A program made the translations under genes and the position numbers. Positions 15,019-24,804 of a DNA stretch of 64,000 bases are shown here, in pieces (position 1 is the first letter of the stretch; the number at the start of each line of letters is the position of its first letter). The stretch is taken from positions 2,308 to 66,307 of the forward strand of contig JBBQZR010000028.1 in assembly GCA_038207515.1 (NCBI GenBank), written 5' to 3'. Origin of the DNA: Lysobacterales bacterium (GTDB taxonomy: Bacteria; Pseudomonadota; Gammaproteobacteria; Xanthomonadales; Rhodanobacteraceae). The notes beneath the pieces are model-generated. The model was not told the DNA's origin. It searched no databases and worked only from the letters and a program-made list of their open reading frames with translations.

Positions 15019-16158
15019 TCAGGCCGCCGCGCGCTGGCGCGACTGCATCATCTGGATGAACGGGTCGAACAGGCCGGCGACGTCCTGCGGGCCCGGACTG
15101 GCCTCGGGATGTCCCTGGAAGCTGTAGGCCGGCGCATCGGTCAGCGCGATGCCTTGCAGCGAGCCGTCGAACAGCGAACGGTGCGTGGCCTTGACGTTGT
15201 CCGGCAGCGTGGCCTCGTCGACGGCGAAGCCGTGGTTCTGGCTCGAAATCATCACCCGTCCGGTCGCGATGTCGATGACCGGATGGTTGGCACCGTGATG
15301 GCCGAACTTCATCTTCAGCGTGCGTGCGCCGGTCGCCAGACCCAGCAATTGGTGGCCAAGGCAGATGCCGAATACCGGCAGGCGCGCGGCGATGAAATCG
15401 CGGATCGCGGCGATCGCGTAGTCGCACGGCTCCGGATCGCCGGGACCGTTGGACAGGAACACACCGTCGGGCTTGAGCGCGAACGCCTCGACCGCGCTGG
15501 TCTGCGCCGGCACCACGGTGATGTCGCAGCCGCGGTCGGCGAGCATGCGCAGGATGTTGTACTTGATGCCGAAATCGTAGGCGACGACGCGGAAGCGCGC
15601 GGTCGTGTGCTTGAAATCCGTGGTGTCGAGATCGTAGCTGCCTTCGTTCCAGGCGTAGCTCGTGGCGGTGCTGACGACCTTCGCGAGATCCATGCCCTTG
15701 AGACCCGGGAACGCGCGTGCCGCGGCGAGTGCGGAGTCGGCGTCTATATTGGCACCGGTGACGATGGCGCCGTTCTGCGCGCCCTTGTCGCGCAGGATGC
15801 GGGTCAGGCGGCGCGTGTCGATGTCGCTGATCGCGACGATGCCGTTGCGCCGCAGATAGTCCTGCAGGGTTTCGGTGGAACGCCAGTTGCTCGCGAGCAG
15901 CGGCAGGTCGCGAATCACCAGGCCGGCGGCGGCGACGCCGGCGGACTCGACGTCGACGGGATTGCAGCCGGTATTGCCGATGTGCGGATAGGTCAGCGTG
16001 ACGATCTGCCGCGAGTACGAGGGATCAGTCAGGATTTCCTGATAGCCGGTCAGCGCGGTGTTGAACACCACCTCGCCGGTCGTCGTGCCCTCGACGCCGA
16101 TGCCGGTGCCGTGAAACAGGCTGCCGTCGGCTAGGGCAAGGAGTGCTGGCAATGTCAT
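15019..16158 (-). CDS. carA: Carbamoyl-phosphate synthase small subunit
   Basis: [46 protein letters not shown]. Confidence 0.99.
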   Translation of the reverse strand: MTLPALLALADGSLFHGTGIGVEGTTTGEVVFNTALTGYQEILTDPSYSRQIVTLTYPHIGNTGCNPVDVESAGVAAAGLVIRDLPLLASNWRSTETLQDYLRRNGIVAISDIDTRRLTRILRDKGAQNGAIVTGANIDADSALAAARAFPGLKGMDLAKVVSTATSYAWNEGSYDLDTTDFKHTTARFRVVAYDFGIKYNILRMLADRGCDITVVPAQTSAVEAFALKPDGVFLSNGPGDPEPCDYAIAAIRDFIAARLPVFGICLGHQLLGLATGARTLKMKFGHHGANHPVIDIATGRVMISSQNHGFAVDEATLPDNVKATHRSLFDGSLQGIALTDAPAYSFQGHPEASPGPQDVAGLFDPFIQMMQSRQRAAA

Positions 16159-16402
16159 GCGGTCGCCTTTTCGGTAGTGGCCCGGCACCGGGTCAAATTC
16201 AGGTGCGCGAAAACCCGCGGGCTGGTGCTGCCAGTCCGTGGATTGGGCGTGGAGAGGTATCGAGGCGAGGCGCGATTTTAGGGCGCGATACGGGGTGTGT
16301 CCACCGGCGCGACGCGAATTCCTGCGACGCGCTGCAGGAAACGCGAGCAGCGGCGCGGCCTCGCGACGATTTCCGCGCTGCCGGAAGCGCTCGTCGTCGC
16401 GC

Positions 16403-17215
<813 letters not shown>

Positions 17216-17468
17216 GTCGTCATACGCCCGCAGTGGAGAATCCCGATTCTCGGCCGCGGCGACGCCGGGCACAACGGGATAAGCCGTGGCGTATCTCTCA
17301 GCCGCGGCAGCCATCGACAGCGATGGCACAGGCGGGATGCGCGGGTCGATCATCCGGCGAGAACGCACCTGACCGCAGCCCACTGCCGCCACGCCGCATC
17401 GCCATCACGGCGCCTCCGCGACCGGTCATGTACATAGGCTAGTCTGTGCTTTTTGTACATGGCCAGAC

Positions 17469-19583
17469 ATGTTGAAAAACTCACAGATACCCTACGACTA
17501 CGCAGACGCCGGCACGCTCGCGAGCGAAGGGTTCCTGCTCGGGCGCTGCCGGGTCGATCCGCGCACGCTGCGCGTGACGCGCGACGGTGACAGCGTGCGG
17601 CTGGAGCCACGCATGATGCAGGTGCTGCTGGTGCTGGCGCGTCGCCATGGGCGCACGGTGAGCCGCGAGGAGCTGCTGGCCGAAGCCTGGAACAACGCGG
17701 TCATTACCGACGATTCGATCTACCGCGTCATCCACCGCCTGCGCAGCGTGCTCAGCGCCGATGCGCGCACCGATGCGGTGATCGAGACCGTGCCGAAGGT
17801 CGGCTATCGCCTGCTGCAGCCGGTGCGTCCGCTGGCTGCGGTCGAACAACCCGACACCACGACCGCTGCGCCGCGGCCGCGCGCGCGGCTGCCGCTGATC
17901 GCCGCTGCTGTCGTGGCAGCGATCGCGATCGCGACGGCGGCGTGGCTGTCGACCCGCACCGGCACACCGCTGCCGCCGGCCTGGATGACACTGACCATGA
18001 ACCCGGGCCTGGAACACATGCCGGCCTTTTCGCCCGACGGCAGCCAGTTCCTCTACAGCCGCGGCGCGGCCGGGCGTGAACAGCTGTGGCTGCGGGCGCT
18101 GGACGGCAACGCGGACATGGCGCTGACCACGCCCGGTGAGGCCATGGACTACGCCGCGGACTGGTCAGCCGGCGGCGAGCGCATCGCCTTCATCCGGCAG
18201 GATGAGCAGCGTTGCCGCGTCATGATCATGACCCTGCTGCAGCGCGAGCCGCGCGCGATCGGCGACTGCACGCCGGCCAACGGCCGCCTGTCCCTGTCAC
18301 CGGACGGGCGCACGGTGGTGCTGTCGGACCGGCCCGATCCGGACCAGCGCGTCAACGCGCTGTACCTCATCGACGTCGACAGCGGAGCGCGCCGCAGTTT
18401 GCCGGCGCCACCCGCCGAACAGGGCGACTACCGGCCGCGCTTTTCTCCCGATGGCGACTGGATCGCATTCAGCCGTGTCGACGGCCGCTTCCAGTCCAGC
18501 GTGCTGCGCCTGCGCAGCGACGGCAGTGAGGTGGAGCCGGTATGGACACCGTCGGGATTTGTCCACCAGTTGCAATGGCGCACTGCGCGCGAACTGATAG
18601 CGACGCGGCGCCTGGGTGCGAGCAGCGAACTGTGGCGGGTGCCGCTGCACGGCACGCCGGCGATGATCGCGGCGATCGACGACGGCGTGCCGTCGATCGA
18701 CATCAGTCCGGACGGCACGCGCCTGCTGCTGTCGGTGGCCGTGACGCACTACCGCAACCGTCGCCTGGCGCTGGAACGACATGACGCCGCCGCGGCCGAG
18801 GCGATGCCGGCGGCGCTCGACCGCGCACGCGACCTCACCGTTTCGCCCGACGGCCGCCGCATCGCGCTGCCCTGGGAAGCGCGCGGCGAGAGCGGCGTGT
18901 GGCTGGCCGATATCGACGGCGGCCAGTTGCGCCGGCTGTGGAGCGAATCGGGCACGTATATCCGCGACCTGAGCTGGGACCCGTCGGGCCAGCGCATCGC
19001 CTTCGAACGTTCGCGCGGTAATCGGCAGACCATCTGCGTGGTCGATCTCAACGGCCTGCTGCAATGCCTGCCCGACCAGCCGCGCAAGCGCATCTCGCCG
19101 TCGTGGTCCAACGACGGCCGCCGCCTGCTGTTCGTGCAGGAGGACGAGCGCGGCTGGTTCGCCCACCGCGCTGCGCTCGACGGCAGCGGCGACGAACAGC
19201 TGGGCCGGGGCCAGGCCATGCATGCGGTGCAGGCACCCGAGGGCGACATCGTCTACCTGCGGCCGCGCGGTTCGAACGGCATCGTGGCGCTGGATACGAC
19301 CAGCGGCAAGGAACGCCTGCTCGTCGACGATGCGCCGCATTCACGCCCGCGCGCGCTGGTCGCCGCGCGCAGTGGCCTGTACTACCTGCGCGGCGACGGC
19401 ATGCTGATGCACCGGGGGCTTTCTGAGGAAACGGCCACCGCGGTCGCGCCGCTGGGCACGCCGCTGCCGCGCACGCTGAGCCTGTCGGCGGCCGAAGACC
19501 TGCTGCTCTACAGCGAAGTGGCCGGCGAAGAAGCCGACATCGCGTTGCTCACCAACCTGGACGCACTGGTCGGCACGCACTGA
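17469..19583 (+). CDS. Membrane-anchored one-component regulator: OmpR/CadC-type winged helix + TM helix + TolB/PD40-like beta-propellers
   Basis: LEPRMMQVLLVL...VSREELL...W...IHRLRSVL...IETVPKVGYRL; hydrophobic LPLIAAAVVAAIAIATAAWL; repeated FSPDG/WSPDG motifs. Confidence 0.9.
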   Translation: MLKNSQIPYDYADAGTLASEGFLLGRCRVDPRTLRVTRDGDSVRLEPRMMQVLLVLARRHGRTVSREELLAEAWNNAVITDDSIYRVIHRLRSVLSADARTDAVIETVPKVGYRLLQPVRPLAAVEQPDTTTAAPRPRARLPLIAAAVVAAIAIATAAWLSTRTGTPLPPAWMTLTMNPGLEHMPAFSPDGSQFLYSRGAAGREQLWLRALDGNADMALTTPGEAMDYAADWSAGGERIAFIRQDEQRCRVMIMTLLQREPRAIGDCTPANGRLSLSPDGRTVVLSDRPDPDQRVNALYLIDVDSGARRSLPAPPAEQGDYRPRFSPDGDWIAFSRVDGRFQSSVLRLRSDGSEVEPVWTPSGFVHQLQWRTARELIATRRLGASSELWRVPLHGTPAMIAAIDDGVPSIDISPDGTRLLLSVAVTHYRNRRLALERHDAAAAEAMPAALDRARDLTVSPDGRRIALPWEARGESGVWLADIDGGQLRRLWSESGTYIRDLSWDPSGQRIAFERSRGNRQTICVVDLNGLLQCLPDQPRKRISPSWSNDGRRLLFVQEDERGWFAHRAALDGSGDEQLGRGQAMHAVQAPEGDIVYLRPRGSNGIVALDTTSGKERLLVDDAPHSRPRALVAARSGLYYLRGDGMLMHRGLSEETATAVAPLGTPLPRTLSLSAAEDLLLYSEVAGEEADIALLTNLDALVGTH

Positions 19584-19801
19584 CGCACCTGCAGGCGACG
19601 TGGCAATGACCGCGTTTGTGCAAACCGGCATTGATCACTTTATGGGCATCGGGGACAACGTCGCTTCTTCCATCGGAGACTCCTCAGCGCCACGGCCGTG
19701 GCCGCTGCAGGCGAGTGCGTTGGCCGCTCCTAGCCGTCATGTCCGTTGCGTGACAGCACAAACGTGACGGCATCGCCGTTTTGCGCACGGCGCGGCCGCG
19801 C

Positions 19802-19829
19802 CATCAGGAAAACATCAGGCGCGATCAGC
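19802..19829 (+). promoter_or_regulatory. Candidate winged-helix binding site: three ATCAG half-sites at 11/10-bp spacing
   Basis: CATCAGG-AAAA-CATCAGG-CGC-GATCAGC about 100 bp upstream of the ATG at 19933. Confidence 0.35.
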
Positions 19830-19932
19830 CTTTCCTCCGCGCGCTGCGGCGGCGGCCGCGGCAAGCATGACTCTCGCCAGGATGGTCAGGGGCCAGCCCG
19901 GTACTGCCACGCAGACCAGGAGACGACCACCG

Positions 19933-21798
19933 ATGTACACCTTTCCCATTCACCGCCGCGGGCGCCTGCTCGCCGCCGTAATTGCCACGGCCGCGAGCGC
20001 CGCCGCGCCCGCCGCCGATCCGCCGGGCTCGCTCGCACTCGACTGGCCCATGGGCCAGATCGTCGGCGAGCAGCTCGTGCCCGGGCACAACGTGCGCGTC
20101 ATGCAGAACTACGCCAACCCGTTTCCCAAGTACAACAACCGCCTGCATACCGCGCTGGATCTTTCCCTCGACAGCGGCTCCACCGTCAATGCGCCGGTCT
20201 ATGCCGCGGCCGACGGCGTCGTGTTCTGCTCGGTCTACTCCAACTGGCCGGGCTGGGTCGTGGTGATCGAACACACCCAGTCCAACGGCAGCAAGCTGTA
20301 CACGCAGTACGGGCATCTCAACGCGCCGAGCGTGGTGACCGGGCAGATCGTCAATCGCGGTGCCCCGATCGCCACGGTCATCAACTGGCCCGACGACACC
20401 AGCAACACGCATCTGCATTTCGAAGTGCGCAACTTCGGCACGTGGTCCGGCGGCGGCTGCCAGGGGCTGGGCTATGCGCCGGCGGGATCCACGCCCGACC
20501 AGCATGGCTACCGCAACCCCATCGTCGAGTATTTCCAGCGCCGGCCGGCCTATCCGGGCCAGGTCGTTTCCAATGTCGCGCAGAGCGTGCGCGCCACGCC
20601 GAACCGCAACAGCGGCGTGGTGATTGCGAGCGTGGCGGCGAACACGCCGCTCGTTGCCGACGCTGCGGTCGCCGACCAGGGCGGCGGCAAGGAGTGGTGG
20701 CACCGCGTGAAGTACTCCGGCAACCAGTGGGGCTATGTGCCGGCCTACTGGAGCGACAGTTGGGGCGGCAACCTCACGTCGACCGATTACCAGCGCTATC
20801 CCGGCCCGGTGGAACTCGCCGATGCCGTCGGCAGCGGCGGCGAGCTGTACGTTTTCGCGCGCCGCAGCGATGGCGCGACCCTGCTGCGCCGCCGCTCATC
20901 GGCCGGCAGCTGGACCGGCTGGCTGCCGCTCGACGGCAATGCCACGGCGCAGCCCGTCGCGGCGGTCAATAGCGACGGCCGTGTGCAGGTGTTCGCACGC
21001 GGCACCGACAGCCAGATCTGGACGCGGCGTCAGATCAGCGCCGGTTCGACGCAGTGGGACGCGTGGGCACCGGTCGGCGGCGACGCAACCTCGGCGCCGG
21101 CCGTGGTGCGCAACACCGACGGCCGCCTGCAGGTGTTCGTGCGCGGACCGGATGGCGGCCTGCGCAGCCGCATCCAGACCAGCGCCGGCGGCGCCTGGGC
21201 CAGCTGGATCGACCACGGCGGCACGCTGCACTGGGGACCGGCCGCGGCGATCAACACGGACGGCCGCGTCGCCGTATTCGTAGGTGGGCAGAACAACGAT
21301 CTGTACCAGATCGTGCAGGCCAGCGCCGGCGGCAGCTTCGGCACATTCCAGGCATTGGGCGGCAGCATCAGCTCGCATCCATCCGTGGTACGCAACAACG
21401 ACGGACGACTGGAAGTGTTCGCGCGCGGCGCCACCCAGGATCTGCGCCATATCCGCCAGAACAGCGCCGGCGGCGCCTTCGGCGCATGGCAGTCCCGCGG
21501 CGGCGTGCTGACCGCGCATCCGCATGCGGCCGTGCATGCCGACGGGCGCGTCGAAGTGTTCGCGCGCGGCGGTGAAGGCCAGCTCGCGCACATCTATCAG
21601 ACCTCCGCCGCCGGCGCCTGGGCGAGCTGGGGCAACCTCAACGGCTACCTCACCTCCGGCGTCATTGCCGCGCGCCAGGACAGCAGCGTGCAACTGGTGC
21701 TGCTCGGCATGAACGGCGAGCTGTTCCACCGCGGCGAGACCACACCGGGCGCCTGGTCGAACTGGCTGTCGCTAGGCAGCGGCTTCGGCGCGTACTGA
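19933..21798 (+). CDS. Secreted M23 metallopeptidase + SH3-like domain + seven-bladed PLL/tectonin-like lectin propeller
   Basis: HTALD (HxxxD) and HLHFE (HxH) Zn motifs; VRATP...WHRVKY...WGYV SH3b-like; 7 repeats of P...N.DGR..VF.RG.....W..W...GG. Confidence 0.85.
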   Translation: MYTFPIHRRGRLLAAVIATAASAAAPAADPPGSLALDWPMGQIVGEQLVPGHNVRVMQNYANPFPKYNNRLHTALDLSLDSGSTVNAPVYAAADGVVFCSVYSNWPGWVVVIEHTQSNGSKLYTQYGHLNAPSVVTGQIVNRGAPIATVINWPDDTSNTHLHFEVRNFGTWSGGGCQGLGYAPAGSTPDQHGYRNPIVEYFQRRPAYPGQVVSNVAQSVRATPNRNSGVVIASVAANTPLVADAAVADQGGGKEWWHRVKYSGNQWGYVPAYWSDSWGGNLTSTDYQRYPGPVELADAVGSGGELYVFARRSDGATLLRRRSSAGSWTGWLPLDGNATAQPVAAVNSDGRVQVFARGTDSQIWTRRQISAGSTQWDAWAPVGGDATSAPAVVRNTDGRLQVFVRGPDGGLRSRIQTSAGGAWASWIDHGGTLHWGPAAAINTDGRVAVFVGGQNNDLYQIVQASAGGSFGTFQALGGSISSHPSVVRNNDGRLEVFARGATQDLRHIRQNSAGGAFGAWQSRGGVLTAHPHAAVHADGRVEVFARGGEGQLAHIYQTSAAGAWASWGNLNGYLTSGVIAARQDSSVQLVLLGMNGELFHRGETTPGAWSNWLSLGSGFGAY

Positions 21799-21809
21799 CC
21801 CTGTTCCAC

Positions 21810-21834
21810 GCGGCCCGCCGCTCGGGCGGGCCGC
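21810..21834. other. Intergenic GC hairpin without U-tract
   Basis: GCGGCCCGCC-loop-GGCGGGCCGC between the two secreted-enzyme genes. Confidence 0.6.
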
Positions 21835-21858
21835 CCCTTCATCCTGCGAGGACAACCC

Positions 21859-23598
21859 ATGAAACGCTTCCGCACCGCGGCCAGCCTGGCCGCGCTGGTC
21901 CTGCCCTGCCTCTTTTCCACAGGCGCCACGGCACAGATCAAAGGCGCCAACTGGCTGCGCACCGATCACACCTACAGCAACGTGCCATCGACGGACCCGC
22001 GCCGCGTCGGCTGGAACCTCGAATTCGCGCGCGACGTGCCGTCCATGAGCAGCTGGTCGGCCAACTACAACACGCTGTGGAGTCAGTACGGCATCCGCAC
22101 CCTATTCCGCATCGGCTACGACGCCAAGCCGACGGCGGCGGAAAAAGCGCTGCTCAATGCGGCCACCTTCACCAACTGCAGCGGCATCAACGGCCTGATG
22201 AGCGCACTGGATGCCGAGGCCGCCAACGCGAACAATGCCAACGCCGCCGCAGTCGGCGGCTACCTGCTCGGCAACGAGCCGAATCTGGCCGCGGAATGGG
22301 GCATCGGCGGCCGCGCCTACGGGCGCATCTACCAGTGCTACATCACCCGCTGGAATGCCGGCGCGCTGGGCGCGCGCAACCTGTTCGCGTCCGGCCCGGG
22401 CGGGTGCTTCGACGGCACCTGTCCGACCTTCTACTCCGAGATGTTCGGCGCCATGGGCACGACCGTCGACGGATTCGCTATCCATGCCTACGGCCAGACC
22501 GATACCGCGTTCGACGGTGATTTCCGCTGGCAGCTCAGCGCGATCAACAGCGCGAGCAACGCCAACGTGCGCAACAAGCCGGTCTACATCACCGAATTCA
22601 ACGCCGGCGCCAGCGAAAACAACCCCCTGCCGGTCGCGCCGAGCGCTGCCTATTTCAACGGCGTGATGAGCAAGGTGCGCGATTTCAACGCCGCCAACGG
22701 CGGCCAGATCAAGGCGGTGATGTACTTCGTCGACTCGCCGTCGCCATGGATACGCGGTGGCCAGCAGTGCCACCCCGCCGTGGCGCCGTCGCAGGACGGA
22801 TGGTGGAGAAGTTCACTGTGCTACAGCGGAACCTGGCGCCAGTACTGGCTGGATTCGCAGCCGTCGATCGTGCTGCCGGCGCGCAACGCGAGTGTGAGCT
22901 ATTCGGGCATTCCGTCGTTCATGATGCCGGGCGAAATCCGCCGCTTCACCGCGACCGTCACCAACACCGGCGCGGAGACCTGGACCGGGTCCGGCTCGGC
23001 CAACTGGTATCGCTTCGGCGCGGTCGGCGCCAACGGCTTCATGTTCTCGGCGTTCACCGGCTGCGGCGGCTACGGCAACAGCGTGCTGGATGCGCGCGTC
23101 TATACCTGCGGCAACGTGGGCAACAACGCGACGACGACGTATCCGGTCGATGCGCGCGCACCGACGTCGGGTTCCAATGCGACCTTCCAGGGCCGCATGG
23201 TACGCGACGGCATCGAGTGGTTCGGCAATTCGCCACAGCAGTCGGTGGCCTTGGGCCAGGCCTACTGCGGTACGGCGCTGACCCAGTGCATACTCGGTGC
23301 GCGCAGTGACATCCTGCCGTTCTTCCAAGGCAACGGCTGGAACACCGCCTGCTGGAACCGCGACGCGATTGTCGCCAACTGGTGCGGCCTGGATGCGGCC
23401 GGATGCAACGCACTGCGCAACGGCATCTGCGCGACGTACAACAACAGCTGCCGCTGCTCCGGCGGCACCCACCTGGGCGGCGCCGCCATCGACCCCAACG
23501 GCACTTACTGCGGCTACCAGGTCTGCGGCACCAACCGCCAGATCTACAGCTGCAGTACGGGGAACAGCTGGACGGCTACGGGGCGTGGTTGCAACTGA
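21859..23598 (+). CDS. Secreted clan GH-A-like glycoside hydrolase + NBR1-like Ig domain + Cys-rich C-terminal module
   Basis: Signal peptide; LLGNEPN (acid/base) and VYITEFN (nucleophile); PGE..RFTATVTNTGAETW Ig-like domain; 12 Cys in the last ~110 aa. Confidence 0.75.
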   Translation: MKRFRTAASLAALVLPCLFSTGATAQIKGANWLRTDHTYSNVPSTDPRRVGWNLEFARDVPSMSSWSANYNTLWSQYGIRTLFRIGYDAKPTAAEKALLNAATFTNCSGINGLMSALDAEAANANNANAAAVGGYLLGNEPNLAAEWGIGGRAYGRIYQCYITRWNAGALGARNLFASGPGGCFDGTCPTFYSEMFGAMGTTVDGFAIHAYGQTDTAFDGDFRWQLSAINSASNANVRNKPVYITEFNAGASENNPLPVAPSAAYFNGVMSKVRDFNAANGGQIKAVMYFVDSPSPWIRGGQQCHPAVAPSQDGWWRSSLCYSGTWRQYWLDSQPSIVLPARNASVSYSGIPSFMMPGEIRRFTATVTNTGAETWTGSGSANWYRFGAVGANGFMFSAFTGCGGYGNSVLDARVYTCGNVGNNATTTYPVDARAPTSGSNATFQGRMVRDGIEWFGNSPQQSVALGQAYCGTALTQCILGARSDILPFFQGNGWNTACWNRDAIVANWCGLDAAGCNALRNGICATYNNSCRCSGGTHLGGAAIDPNGTYCGYQVCGTNRQIYSCSTGNSWTATGRGCN

Positions 23599-23640
23599 GT
23601 GCGCGCCTGATCAGGGCTGCTGGCTAATGCGATGAGCAAC

Positions 23641-23670
23641 CGTCGCCTTCCCCTGACCGGGAAGGCGACG
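23641..23670 (+). terminator. Probable terminator hairpin
   Basis: CGTCGCCTTCCC-CTGACC-GGGAAGGCGACG, 12-bp stem downstream of the GH gene; weak U-tract. Confidence 0.6.
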
Positions 23671-23749
23671 TCGTTTCGGGCGATCGCGCGCCGGCTAGCA
23701 ACGCACGCAAACAAGCTTGGGAGCCTGAGCCGCCGTGCGGAATGCCTGA

Positions 23750-24066
23750 TTTTCAGTCATCGATGGATGAATTTCAGTCAACGATGGGTTCGGCGAAGTC
23801 ACCGTTGAGTAGCAGCTTGCCCAACCCGGAGTGACAGGCAGTCACCGATGATTGCTGGCCCCCCGGCGATGGGTGCGCCGCGGTGACCGGCGCGTTCGAA
23901 GAAATCACCGTTGAGTAGGAATTACCCTACGACAAGTAGCGAGGCAGTCATCGCTCGCTGCTGACCAACCGACGATGGCTGCGCCGCAGTCAGCGGAGAC
24001 TTCCGGCCAGTCAGGCGTCACTGAAAATCAACCGAAGCTGGCTAACGCAGAGTCGCCGCTACGCAA
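23750..24066. repeat. Degenerate ~21-bp-period tandem array (about 15 units) with a 106-bp higher-order duplication
   Basis: Core (C/A)AGTCAnCG(A/T)TG or variants at 23754, 23775, 23796, 23839, 23860, 23881, 23902, 23945, 23966, 23987, 24008, 24029; 23792-23897 resembles 23898-24003. Confidence 0.8.
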
Positions 24067-24158
24067 GCGAGGACAGTAACGGCGACATCAGCCAGAACGA
24101 AAAGCGGCACCTGGAAAAACGCCGGAGCGGCGCACGGCCGCCCCGGCAGCGAGGCGAT

Positions 24159-24437
24159 CTACAGGCGCGCCTCGATATGCGCCTCCATCAGCCCAAGCAC
24201 ATCGCGCGACAGGATCGCGACCGCTTCGAGAATGCCGCTGTGCGAATCGGAGTCCGGCGATTCCAGCTTCGCCGTCGCCACCGTCTCGCTGAGCAGCTGG
24301 ATCGCCGAGAGGCGGCACATCACCTCATACTGCCACGCCTCGCGCTGCGCGCGCGTATCAACGAGAAACGCAAACATCACGGGATCCGCCGACGGAACGT
24401 CGCGGCGCATGGGGTAGAACGAACCGTGAGGAGTCAT
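24159..24437 (-). CDS. Small hypothetical protein (92 aa) downstream of c4-like RNA
   Basis: MTPHGSFYP...ILEAVAILSRDVLGLMEAHIEARL; GGAGG RBS; ATGA overlap with the upstream 32-aa ORF. Confidence 0.6.
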   Translation of the reverse strand: MTPHGSFYPMRRDVPSADPVMFAFLVDTRAQREAWQYEVMCRLSAIQLLSETVATAKLESPDSDSHSGILEAVAILSRDVLGLMEAHIEARL

Positions 24438-24532
24438 GGCGCGCGCCTCCCAGTCCCGGGAACAACGCGACCGATACCAACGAAGCAACCCGACGAACGC
24501 CGGTTGCCAAAGCACACAGACCGAATATCCAT
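24434..24532 (-). CDS. 32-aa leader ORF translationally coupled to the 92-aa ORF
   Basis: AAGGGAG RBS, then MDIRSVCFGNRRSSGCFVGIGRVVPGTGRRAP*; its stop overlaps the next ATG. Confidence 0.45.
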   Translation of the reverse strand: MDIRSVCFGNRRSSGCFVGIGRVVPGTGRRAP

Positions 24533-24578
24533 GGACAACTCCCTTTGCGTGGAGTCGCCACCCCGAATAGTGGAAAAA

Positions 24579-24654
24579 GGGTGGCGAACGGTGTGCGGGT
24601 TGGCAGACCGGTGCAGGACCGGCGAGCCTTGCGGCTCCCCACGCACCGTCCGCC
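24579..24654 (-). ncRNA. c4-antisense-like structured RNA (phage P1 c4 / P4 CI type)
   Basis: Outer stem GGCGGACGGUG/CACCGUUCGCC enclosing GAGCC-GCAA-GGCUC and CCGGU-CCUGC-ACCGG hairpins plus single-stranded CUGCCAACCCG; matches the c4 architecture as I recall it. Confidence 0.65.
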
Positions 24655-24690
24655 AGAAATCGACAGATCACGCCGCACGAATTTCGGGCG

Positions 24691-24720
24691 TAAAAAAACG
24701 CCGTCTTTCGGTGCGGCGCT
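24691..24720 (-). terminator. Intrinsic terminator/attenuator upstream of the c4-like RNA
   Basis: CGCCG-CACCGAAAGA-CGGCG followed by TTTTTTT on the minus strand. Confidence 0.7.
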
Positions 24721-24733
24721 GTGCGCCTGCATT

Positions 24734-24769
24734 CGGGCTGCCAAGCCCGGTTGCCGAATTGGCGGCAAC
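24734..24769 (-). promoter_or_regulatory. a1/b1-like antisense target hairpins
   Basis: GUUGCC(G)-loop-(C)GGCAAC then CGGGC-UUGGCA-GCCCG; CGGGCUUGGCAG is complementary to CUGCCAACCCG of the c4-like RNA with one bulge. Confidence 0.6.
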
Positions 24770-24775
24770 GGTCGG

Positions 24776-24804
24776 ATTGTTTACCTCGATGCGGGCGGCG
24801 TCAA
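24776..24804 (-). promoter_or_regulatory. Sigma70-type promoter driving the c4-like locus
   Basis: -35 TTGACG (24804-24799), 17-bp spacer, -10 AACAAT (24781-24776), directly upstream of the target hairpins. Confidence 0.6.

Noticed and set aside
23750-24066. 21-bp array as a CRISPR array or intact repeat-protein gene
   Set aside because: The period is too short for repeat plus spacer; stops and 22-bp units break all frames.
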